From Lingula anatina (Eukaryota > Animalia > Brachiopoda): a stretch of 64,000 nucleotides of DNA. The notes below the pieces were generated by a model. It searched no databases, was not told the origin of the DNA, and saw nothing but the letters and a program-made list of their open reading frames with translations. How positions within the stretch are numbered: the stretch's first letter is position 1; each line of letters starts with the position of its first letter. The translations under genes were made by a program, and so were the position numbers. Shown one piece after another: positions 52,081 to 64,000 of the stretch. Location of the stretch: the NCBI GenBank assembly GCA_051362555.1, contig CM120640.1, forward strand, positions 10,912,001 through 10,976,000, written 5' to 3'.

Positions 52081-55000
52081 AAAAAAGCTTTACCGGCCAC
52101 AGGCTTCCCGCTTCGGAAAGCCACTTCGAGTTAAGAACTCACAACGCAACACAAATCTCTTGATTTGTATCAAAGTGAATGTTGTGTTTTAACTAAAATA
52201 AAGAGAATTGTAAGACAAAAGTATTATGGATACGCAGGCACGTGGCCAGAAAGTTCGGGAGAAGTTTTGCTTTCTCAGCTGGGTGAGGTGGTGTTCATTT
52301 AAACGTTAACCGAGGAAGTCTACTTGTACATGTAAATATCATTGATACAAACAATGCACGCGAATGGAATCTCGGTTCCTTTCCTTCGTCCCATTACAAC
52401 ATTATCAAATAAAGTCTCCAAGATGGTATTCATACAAAGATCCGAGGTTGTTTTGTATTTGGCATTTCCTCCTTATCGTTTGCTACAATCACTACCCTCC
52501 ATCAATGAAGCTAAGAACGCATTTTTGTGACGTTCTAACGAAAGGAAAGAGAGAAACTGATAGATCGGGAGAATTTTAGTCTGAATAGGGAGAACGGGAA
52601 ATGTGTCTTCAAATCGGGGAACTCCCGACGAGTTCGGGAGTGGTGAAAAGTCTGACCGCATGATTTAGTATTAGACAAAAGTGATATAAAATCGGCTCAG
52701 TGTTGGAGAAAGCAGGGTCATGCAAGAATATAAGTGAAGGTCTTTGAATTTTGTTAAAAGAAACAATAAAAAGTAGAAACCAAAACTCATTACTGCACGA
52801 ACGCAGTACGCATGCGAAAGATTGATTATAATTGCTTCTTTTTATCTTTGGTTCCCCAACCAGAATTCTGGATAAACTGATAACCCATGCACCCCAGATG
52901 ACGTGGATGTAAATAACAATATATCTCATTTTAAGTGCCCCCTTTCAATTTGAATTTCCTTTTCATAAAAATTAATATTATCTTAATCTTCTTATCAAGA
53001 GGTATAGAAATCGAAGTCGATTAAAACACCATTGGTTTTAACAGTGTTTATAAAAGCAGTAAGCAAATTTGCTGTTGAATGAACAAGGCAAATACGGTTG
53101 AATAAAGAGGTCTTACATATTCATCGGGACATTCATGGCCGCGTACAACGGTAACTAAGGCAGGTCTCTATTGACGCTTTTCAGCAGTTGGAACAAAGCG
53201 TTGTGGCCTATTTATTTTCTTTGTAGAGACCTGAAACGTCACATCGTGCCGAAAACCAGGGGAAATATCACGGTTATATACATGAATCAAGGAACTTCTG
53301 AAGCTTCTTGTGTTTGAATAACGGAGTAGCGAACGGCAGTCGGTCAGTAAGTGGCCTGTACAATTACAACTAATGAGACTGAGGGCTTTCAAGACCCAGC
53401 TTGAGCAGGCTGGCGAAGTGATCATTTCCCGCACAGTGGTAAGTATTGGCAGTAGGTTCTACACGGCTTGTAAGTGGCAATAACAATGTATTATACTGGA
53501 TCTGTTGGTTCACATGTTTGGCATTTATCATGTAGCCAAGTTGATTTTTACGGGGTCAGTAAACAAGGTAATCTGTTCACATTAAAGTTGATTATTACAG
53601 AAATTGTGGCATATAAATCATCGTAATTTTTCTCACATTACTCTCTGTATCCACCCCTTTTAGATGCTTTAAATTGGGTATGACTGTACGTTTCGTTTCG
53701 TTTTTAAAATGTTGTTTCGTCTTACAAATGTATTTACCATAGAATCAAATCAAGTACCACATATGCCATAGTACCAGTCACGCTGCTACTAGTACATGTA
53801 AAAAAATCTTGTCTTAAAAACAACAGTACTTGTATTTTATGACTTGCTTTACTTTGATTGACAGTTTATATGTGTCGTGTATGTACGAATGGTTTACGGA
53901 TGCTTAATCTACCTTATTGTATTGGGACTTCTTACTAAATTGAAGAGGGAAGGGAATATTGAATAAGCTCGTGAATACTACGGGTTGATATTTCAGCAAC
54001 ATTCACATTTTTTGCCTGGTTACTATAGGAACGTCGTTAATAAACCCTGGATTCAAGTGAATGATGTATACACATGTATGTCTTGTACATGTAGTAGCTC
54101 TGCAATCTACTGTATGCCAGCTCAAATGTTATCACGAACCATTCAAAAATAGAAAATGTACCCTTCTTCCCCTTTCAACCATCCAGTACAGTTAATAACT
54201 AACTTATGATAGATTCAAAATTTATATATTATTGTAGTTATATATTGTTAGAAAAAATGAACTGCCTTTTGTCTGAGAACTGAAGTTGGCAAAAGGAATA
54301 TAATAATCGTAGCCAAATAGATAGGTTGTAGATGCCTTGTTGCGTGTGATAAATGTATTAGTTATATGAGAGCTGTTTACTCTTGTTGTTTAATGTAAAC
54401 ACATAGGGCCTTCAAATTCATAGTGGATATATGGGTAAAATGAAAGATAATATGAAGTTCGTGTATCCACAGTAGATAAATGTTCGATGTGGGAGACCAA
54501 TAAAAGCTTTCGGACTTCGACTTTTTTATCTTGCAGATAAGCTAAGTGTATAGGAATTGTGTCAAATTCATTTGATGTTGTCTCAACGATATAGCATTTG
54601 TGAACTGGTCTGTTTGAAAACCATATATTCAGCAATAATCAATATCATTTAATATTTTGATTCATTTATGTTTAAATTAACAATGGAATATCTTTTATTA
54701 TGTTCTAGGACATCGTTTGCGTGCTGTATGGGTCATCAAGGATGCTTTTCACTAAATAAATGCCTTGAATAGCTACCACAGCTGAGCTGTACGTGTATGA
54801 AACTTAATGACTAGTGAAGGAAGTGAATCGATCTCGACAACCACTTATTGCTGCTGTACTAAGTATTAATGCCCGCGATATGGATTTCCTTTAAGAGTTC
54901 AAAGGGGCACAAACTACTATAAAGGATAATCTCTACCTCAGGGTTATACATGAACTGACCACTTAGTTGTGAATTATTGTTAACGATTAGGCTATTAACG

Positions 55001-55131
55001 TTACGGTACAAGAGCTGTAGACAAAAGTGCATTCTGAATACTAGCAAACGAATGCCGTGCATGCGCAGATAGTATTCTAGTGATCTTATTAGCGAAGGTA
55101 ACGGTTTTCTTTATTTCACTTAATAACAAAA

Positions 55132-56334
55132 ATGCCTGCAGCAGCACAGGAAAAACCAAGCATTCTCTCCACGAGATTACAACGGGCATATAAAATTAAC
55201 AACATCGAATACACGAAAGCCCTAGGAAAAATGCAGCTTATAGAAAAAGCGCAGGTCCATTCATTTCGGGTCACCAATAATGATATCAGACTAGTCAATT
55301 TGGCATTAGAACATATCCAAGCCTGTAGCGGACACAGCCCAGAGGGACTACCACCCGACTTTGTGGACGATGGTCAGAAAGAGGAAGCGATGTCATGTTT
55401 TTTATATGGAGAGAGAATAGGTTCCAGACGATTTGCAAGGAAACAACGCAAAGCAATTTCAGCCAACGACTCCCGAGTGCAGCGTCCTCTTTCAAAAGAA
55501 GAAGAAATCGAGGAAGAAGAGGATGACGAAGACGACGAGGAAAGGGACGAATTTGCTTTTAGTTCTCCTTCACCGCGGACTCGTCGCGTTCAGTCTGCAG
55601 CGGGATGTCGCCGGGACAGTGTTGTTAGTGACGCATCGTCTGAGGCCTCAAATTACAGTATGCGTCCTAAAAGCACACCGGCAAGTCGCTTACGAAAAAA
55701 CTTGTCGAAACCAAGGTTTTCGCTTGGTTATGAAAAAGATTTTTTTAACTCTGATGATGAAAACGAAGAACTTATAGAACTAAGTAAAACTCCCAAGCCA
55801 CCAGGAACTCCAAAAGTGGCATTTATGGATCGTTCTATAAGCAGGAGTCGCAGTGTTGGCGCAGTGTCTTTTACCCCTGGTTTGTCCCGGTGCACGAGTC
55901 GAGCGTCAACCCGCTCGCGCTCAAGGAGTTCCGCATATGCTGATCTGAATATAAACGATTTAGAAAAGGTGCTTCGTAAAAAGGTACGCATTACCTCGGC
56001 TGACTTTGTCATGCCCCGTAAGAGACCATCACGGTTCGCAGAGGGCATTGTAAAATCTGCTACGCCAAAAATGGCCCAAGTTGTAAACAGAGTGCAAGTG
56101 GCAACATCTTATGCACGTAGGTGGCGGAGCGCGGCCGCCGCTCACAGTCGTTCAAAAGAGAACGACTCAGCACCGTCTGTCCACTTTTTGCTTCCTGATA
56201 TAGAGAGAACGGAACTCAAAAAAGCTTTGAATGAAGAAAGAAATAAAGTAGTCGAGGAAAAGGTAGTAGCTTTTAGGGAACAATATCCCATTAAGAGTAA
56301 CAATGATGTCAGTGTTCAGGGGAAAGAACTATAA
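55132..56334 (+). CDS. Uncharacterised 400-aa protein, single coding exon (N-terminal helical segment, acidic tract, S/R-rich disordered region)
   Basis: 1.2-kb ATG ORF with AAAATG context and AATAAA at about 56462. A likely non-coding upstream exon ends at GTG|GTAAGT (53438/53439). No family recognised. Confidence 0.85.
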   Translation: MPAAAQEKPSILSTRLQRAYKINNIEYTKALGKMQLIEKAQVHSFRVTNNDIRLVNLALEHIQACSGHSPEGLPPDFVDDGQKEEAMSCFLYGERIGSRRFARKQRKAISANDSRVQRPLSKEEEIEEEEDDEDDEERDEFAFSSPSPRTRRVQSAAGCRRDSVVSDASSEASNYSMRPKSTPASRLRKNLSKPRFSLGYEKDFFNSDDENEELIELSKTPKPPGTPKVAFMDRSISRSRSVGAVSFTPGLSRCTSRASTRSRSRSSAYADLNINDLEKVLRKKVRITSADFVMPRKRPSRFAEGIVKSATPKMAQVVNRVQVATSYARRWRSAAAAHSRSKENDSAPSVHFLLPDIERTELKKALNEERNKVVEEKVVAFREQYPIKSNNDVSVQGKEL

Positions 56335-59300
56335 AGTCATTTTTACACCGCTAAATGCAAAGTCTGGATTGCAAATAGCTGTTTATTTATAGCTGTAACA
56401 AGATTGGTGCTTTTAAGTTATATGCTGTGAACTGAATACTATGGTGTTCTAAACTATGCAAAATAAACAATTTATGTTATTTTCCAAAATTTTTAATTAT
56501 TTCCGTTCCAAAACAATCCGATTTGACTCTTATATGTTCAGCTTGAAATCTTTCTCATTGCGTTAGTTGTGAATCGCAAAACACAATATTGAAGCTGCAG
56601 AGAGTTTAGGCTTAGATGGTTATTCATTTAATATTGCCATGCTTTTCTGTTTGCAGTTAAATGGCAAGATATTGAAAGGGACTGTAGTTACTTTCCCGCC
56701 AATAACGATTTACTCTTGACTTTGATAAATAAGCATGATAAGTGTCGAGGTCGATTTGTTTTTGCTTTCACTACTAATTGACATTATATCTTTATCTACA
56801 TTCACGGATAAAAAGAGATACAACATACTTACAACAATAAAAAGCGATAACAAACATCAGTTTGAGATACGTAATGTGTTCATGGGTTCTCAAAGGCTTA
56901 GACAACAAAAGGACACAAACCTTGAACAACCATCTGTTTCTTTTCTGTTTATGCAATCCACGGCAGATTTCTTTACTTTCATTTGCTGTAACTTCGTCTT
57001 ACGAATGATTGTATATTATGTTTTAATCTTTTTGATTTTAATAATCATCTTACTCCGCTTCATACTGTTTTTCATGTTCACAATGCGTCAACGTGTCACA
57101 TGTATGTCCACTGCTCTGTGGCGCCGCGGTGGCAAAATGAGGGATTACTCAATGCGTCATTTGTCATCGTAATTATGTTACCATTTAAGCAACAGTCTTG
57201 AATTATTTTAGTTAAGTAATCTTTTATCGTCAAACACACGAAGAAAAGACTGTTGTCTTAGACCTTTTATTCCAAATCTATGACCCACAACCGGAAAACT
57301 ACTGAAGAAAAGTCCGATTTTACACTCGCTGATTGAATCTGAATGACATCTTTAAATAGAAAATGGGGGCACTCCGTTCGTAGTCCATTTTCATAGAGAC
57401 CCAAAACTGTAATTATTGTATGGTATTGATAGCTGTCGTGATGACTGGAAGTATATTAAAACCGTAAATGTCATTTTCACCGAAACATGGCGTTGTTATT
57501 ACCTCAAGTAGGAGATTGTGGAACAGGAGTTTTGGAAAAATCAATTCTACATAAATCACCAGCACTTGATACGTGTAATAGCAATTTTGTAAAACTTCCC
57601 TAACTTAATTTCACCAATGATGACCCACATCTAATTAAGCATTTTAAGTTGAATGATTAACACTGTCGACCTGCGAGCGTACAATGAATAACAGGGGTAC
57701 TTACTGGGGGTATCAATCATTTTTGCCTCATACATGATTTCGCTCCCAATTTACAATGTCTTTAGGAAGGAGAGATGTAAGTGGTATTATCCCGGTCTTT
57801 TATAACTTGCAGTAAGATTTACTTTTGCGTTTGGTCGCTTTTACTTTCTTTTGTAATATTCTAGATCAGAAAGAATTTATAGAGGATACAAGCTTCAAAA
57901 CGAGCAAATAAAAGTCGGTTCTTATCCGTGGTCTAAAAAGAAGTCAGTTATTAGCTGTGAGCTTTGATAAATGTTTGTAGGCATTATTTAATGTGCATCC
58001 TTCTTTGTCTTTTTCTGCTAAATATAGAGACCTAACATGCGACCTAGAAACGGCTATATGTGGACATTCACAAGCCTAGGTGATTGAAACTGCCATTAAC
58101 ATATACTGAACAAGAGATAACGTGGATTTGGAACTGAAGAGTTAAGGTGCCAGAATAAAACACTGAACACATATATTTCGTTAACAATGTCTGAGATGGT
58201 CGCAACTTTCTGTTATATTTCTTTTAAGTTCACTCAGAGAGAATGAGTACCAGTTTTATTATTCCTCAATACTTTGGACAACTTCATGGGGTATCGGTAC
58301 GTTATAAAGTCTTATATTTGGCAAAATAGCTTTTCCCATATCTTTTATGTGAAATACTTATTTTTATATTATTGCAATAAAAAACTTTAAGAGTACAAAG
58401 ACCTTTTTTCTATTGCTTTATCACCACCCCACCCGCTTAAGCGTATAGTGTGGCCAAACTTTAGGTTGGATCGATGCGTCCAAATGGCCTAATTGGTGAA
58501 AATTGCTTTTTTTCTCAAGTCATCTATGTAAATTACTTTTTTAAATCTAGGTATTAGTGCAGTAAAATATGACTTTTTAGAGCAAGAATTCCCCTTCTTG
58601 TTGTTTTGTTCGACGCCTCACGCGCTTCTATTTTTAAATCACGTCCCCAATTTATCGTCAATTAAACTGCTTTGTAAATTGGAGGTAGACACTGATCGGG
58701 TTTATATAAGTCGTTACTTTTCACGAAAATCGGCAACGGTGACGACAAAGGTGTGTGTGAACTGGAATCTGGTGCCACCGTTTGTGTTTGAATTTTTTTA
58801 TTATGTGACATGAGCCCCTGATTAAATGTTCCATCAAACAAAGACATTAAAATGTTATTACCTTATTAGCTCGAGTTAACAAATTCACCCCTATGTATTT
58901 TTGATGCGACAGCTTTATTTCATAATACAAGTATGTCAATATTCATTTCCTTATTAGCGGATAAGGCCAAAAAAACCTAACGTGCCTATCTTCCTTGAGG
59001 CAAAGGAAGTGCATTATTGGCGAAAAAAAGTTTATTTTCATGAAATATTGTTAGGTACTTCTTATATGTAGCGCTTTTTTGTAAACGCTCACAAATAAGT
59101 GCGTGCTCCTGTGTTTCGATGTATTGCACAACTATAGACAGTGTAGGTAAAACGCAGCTTCAACCATGAAGCTTTTTATCATGACTAGACATCGTGCTTG
59201 TATGTCCATACACTGCCGATTCTGGTGTCCCTCGTTTGTTCTCACTTTTCAACGTACTCTTGTTAGCTATCACTCTCCTCTTTTACCGGTATCTTGACAA

Positions 59301-59796
59301 CCTTTGTAAGCGGTCAGTCAGTTTATGAGCACCTGGCTGTTTTTTTTTTCTCTCTCAAAATAACTTTACTGTGCTAATTATTGTACTCACGAATTAATGT
59401 ACTCAATTTTCCGATGGGAGTTATGTGATAAGGTTTTTATTTCTTCGCGTATTCCGCAACTTAAATCTTAAGGGGCTCCACAACCATTTGACAAATGAAG
59501 ATCTTCATCTTATTGTACTTATTTTTCGTCATTGATTGTTTGGCTCAATAATTTACAACAGCATTTTTTTTCAGCGACGCATTATTTTATACATGTATAT
59601 ACTGTTCTTGGGCAGACCGATAGTAAACTCGTTTCGCCACTTGAGCATTGAAAAAAATCGCACATTTCCCTGCCTGATGTTTACAATTAAAGAAAAGTCA
59701 CTCATATTTGGGTTAATGCACCACGGCGAGGGAGCAGCGTGACGTGCACATCCAATAGCATTTATCTGTTTCTATGATTCAATTTGTCATTTGGGT

Positions 59797-60186
59797 CGTT
59801 TACCTGCACCCCCTCTGCAGAGCGTTTACCTACACCCCACCGAGAGGGCGTTTACCTACACCCCGCCTGCAGGGCGTTTACCTACACCCCCTCTGGAGGG
59901 CGTTTACCTATACCCCACCGAAAGGACGTTTACCTACACCCCACCGAGAGGGCGTTTACCTACACCCCGCCTGCAGAGCGTTTACCTACACCCCCTCTGC
60001 AGGGCGTTTACCTACACCCCACCGAAAGGGCGTTTACCTACACCCCCTCTGCAGGGCGTTTACCTACACTCCCTCTTTATAGGCATTTACCTTCACCCTC
60101 TGCAGGGCGTTTACCTACACCCCTCTGGCAGGGCGTTTACTTACATCCCACCGGCAGTGCGTTTACCTACACTCACCTGCAGGGCC
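59797..60186. repeat. 26-bp minisatellite, 15 units
   Basis: Units start at 59797, 59823, 59849 ... 60160 with constant core CGTTTACCTACACCCC and a variable tail. Confidence 0.95.
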
Positions 60187-61220
60187 CGCTACAATAATTT
60201 TCATTTTTAACAAGGTTTATTCAGAGAAAAGGAGGCAAATAGTTGTAGCATTATATGCATTCCTTGAACAATCTCATATTTAAACTTGTTATGGAAGAAG
60301 GACATTTTTACATACCAAGTAAAAAATCCCAAAATTCAGTCTAAAATTTTTGCCTGTTCTATGTTTAAAATGACAGTCCTTTTATATATCTTTTTAAAAC
60401 AATGAAATTACTCTTCTTGCTCAAGATTGCACTTTTGCTAGATGGAGGGGACTGACCTAAAAAAAATAATATCTTACATGATTATTGATGTTGCGGTTTG
60501 ATGTTGCGGTTAACAACGAAGAATATGTTGCAATTCTGCTGATTTCCCCCAATATTATGTGACGCTTTATCGCATTATGTAAAGTGTTGATTGATCAACA
60601 AAATGGAAAATTGATTAGAATATACCGCACATTTTGTCTTACAAATGTAAAGCCTAGATTAAGCCTAGATTACATTTCAAGCGATGCCCGTGCGGTGCTC
60701 GTATACTGTACCCATAAATCTCTTTTTGCGCTGCGTCTGTGCTGAGGCAGAGTAGACGGTGGCTTTGCGGTATCGTTTGAAATGTTACGGAACCACGGCC
60801 CTTTTTTCGGCGTATGAGAAAGAACGAATAATCAGCGTAGAAATCGCATACTATTAAAGCGTATTTGCACCGTATAACCTGTGTTTTAATACCTTATGAG
60901 TAATCAAGGTGTGTCATCGTAAGAATTGCGTACATGCACCGTATATCAACGTATGAGTAACGGATGGGAACCGTATATCAAAGTTTAAGTAGCGTATACA
61001 CTGTATGTCTGAAGGACGCGCGTATGAGCAATTGGGTACTGTAAATGAGCGTTTATTTAGTGTATATGACCGTTTGAGTCAGTATATAAGCGTATGAGTT
61101 TTGTTGATAATTATGAAGTGCAGACAAAACCCAGAGGATGCATTTGTCATTCGGAAAGCATGCGTTAGGTAAAAGCAAATGCGTTCGGCATACGCTTATA
61201 TATACGCAAAGCATATGTAA

Positions 61221-61857
61221 TACCCCGGTCACACTAGAGGCGGAATGAGCATGAATGCCGTCGGAAAGACAATTCTTTGTGCGTTTCTGGATATTCGAAG
61301 AGCATTCTACAAATTACGAGAGCATTCCAAATATTTTTACCCATTCTTGTGGCCGGCCCGAATGTTTTGCTCATGTTAAAAACTTTCGAAGTGCATTCCA
61401 AGTGGAAAATTATCGAATGGCATTTGACATTCCGACAGCATTCGAAATATTCTGATCACATTCGAGGGAGAACCGAAATGGCAAGACACTTCACATCCTG
61501 CTATAATGAGCCAGAATGCAACTCGAATGCATCTCGATCCTATTTCGGCCAGCAATTGAACTTCACTCGTACGGCATTCGAAGTGTATTCTAAATATTCT
61601 GACTGCATTCTGACAGCATTATTGATATTCCTAGTTTTCCAACTACATTCCAGCTGCATTTGAGAGCTAATACAACCAAAATGTGCACCAATCATTCCAG
61701 GCGGATTCAGGCGCATTCTGAGTATTCTAACGGCATTCTTACAAGAATTTAGGTCAATTTAAAATTTCTTCCCGAATGTAGTACGAATTTTTAAATTTAG
61801 TCATTCCGGCTGGTTCTGCTTGATTCCTGCTGATTCCGAATAAGTGTGATGGGGGTT
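61221..61857. mobile_element. PIF/Harbinger-like non-autonomous element
   Basis: TIRs ACCCCGGTCACAC / GTGTGATGGGGGT, TAA on both flanks, interior rich in CGAATG/GCATTC. Confidence 0.7.
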
Positions 61858-62258
61858 TAAAATACGACAGGCATTCATTTACATATGTTCATTGCTCGTT
61901 AAAGACACGTCCCATACATCAGTATTACGTTGCATATACGCTATCCATACACTGTATGTATAGCACACCACCGCATTACAATCGTAAGCGCTAAATGTAT
62001 GTTAAGCGTCAGTTTAGCTTATTTGTAGTATGGCTAGCGTATCCCAAACGTAAGTGCAACGTGTGGGTGACATACGCCTAAAACGCGCCTATGCACTAAA
62101 AATTTTTAACATGCTAAAAATCTTTTCCTCCTTCTGTGTATGTCAGCGTACACCAATGTCATGGCACTTATTATATATGCAAAACATATACGGTGTAAAA
62201 GCAACGAACCCACTGCGCTTACCTGCGTATTTTATACGTTAGCGCAATACGCTATATA

Positions 62259-62733
62259 CAACATTGGTCAAAAAGGTTGTCCCACCTTCAGTATTATGTG
62301 CTTTTATTTATAAATGATCACAACACAGGTGAAGATTGTTATAAATAGTGATTTTCATTCCAGATACCATAGCTATCATGATTAGTGATACAGAAAATAC
62401 AAACTAGCGGTGAAGATATCAATATTAAATACCATTTATTCACATTTATAACATGTACCCCCTCAAATCCGGCGTTTCACTGTGTAAAGAAATGTCCATT
62501 AAATTGAAATGACACCACCAAATGTCACCAAATTTACACACATTTAGCATTAGGGTGTGCTCGTTAAAGGTCACTTGCCTAATAGCGTTTGTGTTTACCG
62601 AGTACACTAATCATGTTACTTATGGTATCTGGAATGAAAATCACCATTCACAGCAATTAATTCCTGTGATGTGATCGTTTATAAATAAAAGTACATGAAA
62701 CTGGGAGTGGGTCAACCTTTTTGACCAATGTTG
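62259..62733. mobile_element. Tc1/mariner-type MITE with ~130-bp imperfect TIRs
   Basis: CAACATTGGTCAAAAAGGTTG.CCCAC...TTTTCATTCCAGATACCATA is mirrored at the right end; TA on both flanks. Confidence 0.88.
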
Positions 62734-62851
62734 TATTGTGACAGTGCCCAATTTTTGGTAATGTAACGTTTAGGTTTTGATATTGAGCTTTATACGAATC
62801 CTTTTATATTGAACATGCCCAATTTTTGCACCTTCATATATTAACGACCTG

Positions 62852-62971
62852 GGGCCCGTAACTCGAAAGCATCGCGTATTGCGACCGAGCGCAAGCGTCT
62901 CGATTCCATAACACGCCCATACTCGTCCCATATAATATTGGCAATACGCGATGCTTTCGAGTTACGGGGCC
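62852..62971. mobile_element. 120-bp hairpin MITE
   Basis: ~31-bp near-perfect inverted repeat (CCCGTAACTCGAAAGCATCGCGTATTGC / GCAATACGCGATGCTTTCGAGTTACGGG) with CCTGG context on both sides (CTG duplication). Confidence 0.8.
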
Positions 62972-63364
62972 CTGGTTGTCTATATCTCGTGTCTATGTTT
63001 TCTCATAAGAAATGTATCAGTATGATTTAACATCACATGCGAAGTACTTATAAGTCTAACTAATTGATATTCAAGATCAGATAAATTATGGTTTTCTTCA
63101 ATTCCGGCAGTATTCCGTGGCAAATGATCAGAGGGGTTCCTTGGGTAGTAAAATTTTAAATTGAATTTGTTAAAAGAAACGATATGTTGTATGTCAAAAT
63201 AAATTAAAAAAAAAACGATGCGATACATGAAGAGATATTAACTGCGGTGGTAATTTGGATTAACTGATTCGACGAATGTCTAATTAATCGTTGATCATGA
63301 CAAGATGCCATTTAGTGCTTTTGGTTGATTGCACACGATAAATACGGATTCATATTTGTACATA

Positions 63365-64000
63365 CAGACGTGACATTTAATTTGGAATATTTTTTCCAAG
63401 TTATTTTCACCGATTTTTTCCATATTTTTCTGACTGATAATTGAAAATAAGGATTCAAATCGTGTTTTAAAAATTTTAATAATCTTTTCTATGCCACTAG
63501 GACATCATTTCTTTAACTGAGTTGCCCTAATTGAGCAAACAAATTCATGGCTAACTTTATATCATACAAAAATCATTAAAAGCATGATTTTGACCTCCAT
63601 ATATTCTAAATTTTCATTTATGAAAAATTTATATACCCCTCAAAGGAACATTTATTAGTGTTTTCTTAAAGCAACGGTCAGTGGTGCGTGTGGCCTCTTC
63701 TAGTTGATTCAAGGGCTCTCAAGCGGCAAGGCATTCCTTCCGACAAGTTTCTTAGAGTTGGATCTGGAATGAAACTCCAGGGATCGGTCAGATTTGTTGT
63801 AGGACCCAAAAGTCATTGATTCGGCAAGTAATGATTATCCACATATTGTCTGTAGGGGTCCTACTGTGGCGATCTTGATGACCGCGGTAGCTAATCATTC
63901 CCTTGGTTCTGCAAGTAATCTGCGAATACAAGTGCTCTCTTTTTGACGGGTATTTTCTTCTGGTAAAATAAAATTGTCCCCGAGTTGCCCTCCATCAAAT
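63365..64000 (-). pseudogene. Decayed Tc1 transposase (C-terminal half) and element 3' end, truncated by the window edge
   Basis: Minus-strand translation across frameshifts and stops gives GDNFIL.EEN...RALVFADYLQNQGND*LPRSSRSP..DP.DNMW...WSFIPDPTLRNLSEGMPCRLRALESTRRGHTHH* (stop 63678-63680), the typical Tc1 tail. Candidate terminus TA|CAG at 63365. Not in the ORF track. Confidence 0.75.

Larger units (their letters stand above)
60730..62749. mobile_element. Decayed non-autonomous DNA element rich in CGTAT/ATACG, split by two later insertions
   Basis: Left part is rich in GCGTAT/CCGTAT and right part in ATACG, giving inverted composition. A plausible right terminus GTGACAGTGCCC follows the 62259-62733 insert. 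The left terminus was not found. Confidence 0.5.

Noticed and set aside
52236-52654. Possible hAT-like element with CGGGAG subterminal motifs
   Set aside because: The ends do not form a convincing TIR pair and no TSD was found.
56735-57172. 145-aa hydrophobic ORF
   Set aside because: AT-rich, low-complexity composition downstream of a polyA signal; no domain or splice support.
59797-60186. CRISPR-like repeat/spacer appearance, and three overlapping ORFs
   Set aside because: The variable parts are only 8-10 nt and recur, there are no cas genes, and the context is eukaryotic. The open frames follow from a stop-free repeat unit.
61255-61663. ORFs of 66 and 128 aa
   Set aside because: They lie inside a non-autonomous repeat and show no transposase motifs.

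Overview
AT-rich, intron-containing metazoan genomic DNA, probably a marine invertebrate such as a mollusc (inferred from composition, gene content and repeat types). All family assignments come from recalled motifs, not database searches. In order the window holds: the 3' 24 exons of MMS22L (+), with a deleted Tc1 element and an L2-type LINE tail in its introns; a synaptotagmin (+, Syt-beta-like); a tight cluster of four short genes at 29-34 kb, including a C19orf81/DUF4732-like gene; tRNA-Glu(TTC); a DTHD1-like gene with two death domains (-); a FAM167-like gene (+) whose second intron holds an antisense, intronless DnaJ gene with a C-terminal hydrophobic tail and an NF-kB-type site upstream; a 400-aa uncharacterised ORF; a 26-bp minisatellite; and a pile of nested non-autonomous DNA transposons ending in a decayed Tc1 transposase. 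The best leads are the nested DnaJ gene, an ORF that appears to sit wholly inside the 5'-UTR intron of the next gene, about 10-fold enrichment of footprint-like palindromes (TACATGTA, TAGGCCTA), and a synaptotagmin/C19orf81 adjacency like that in human.
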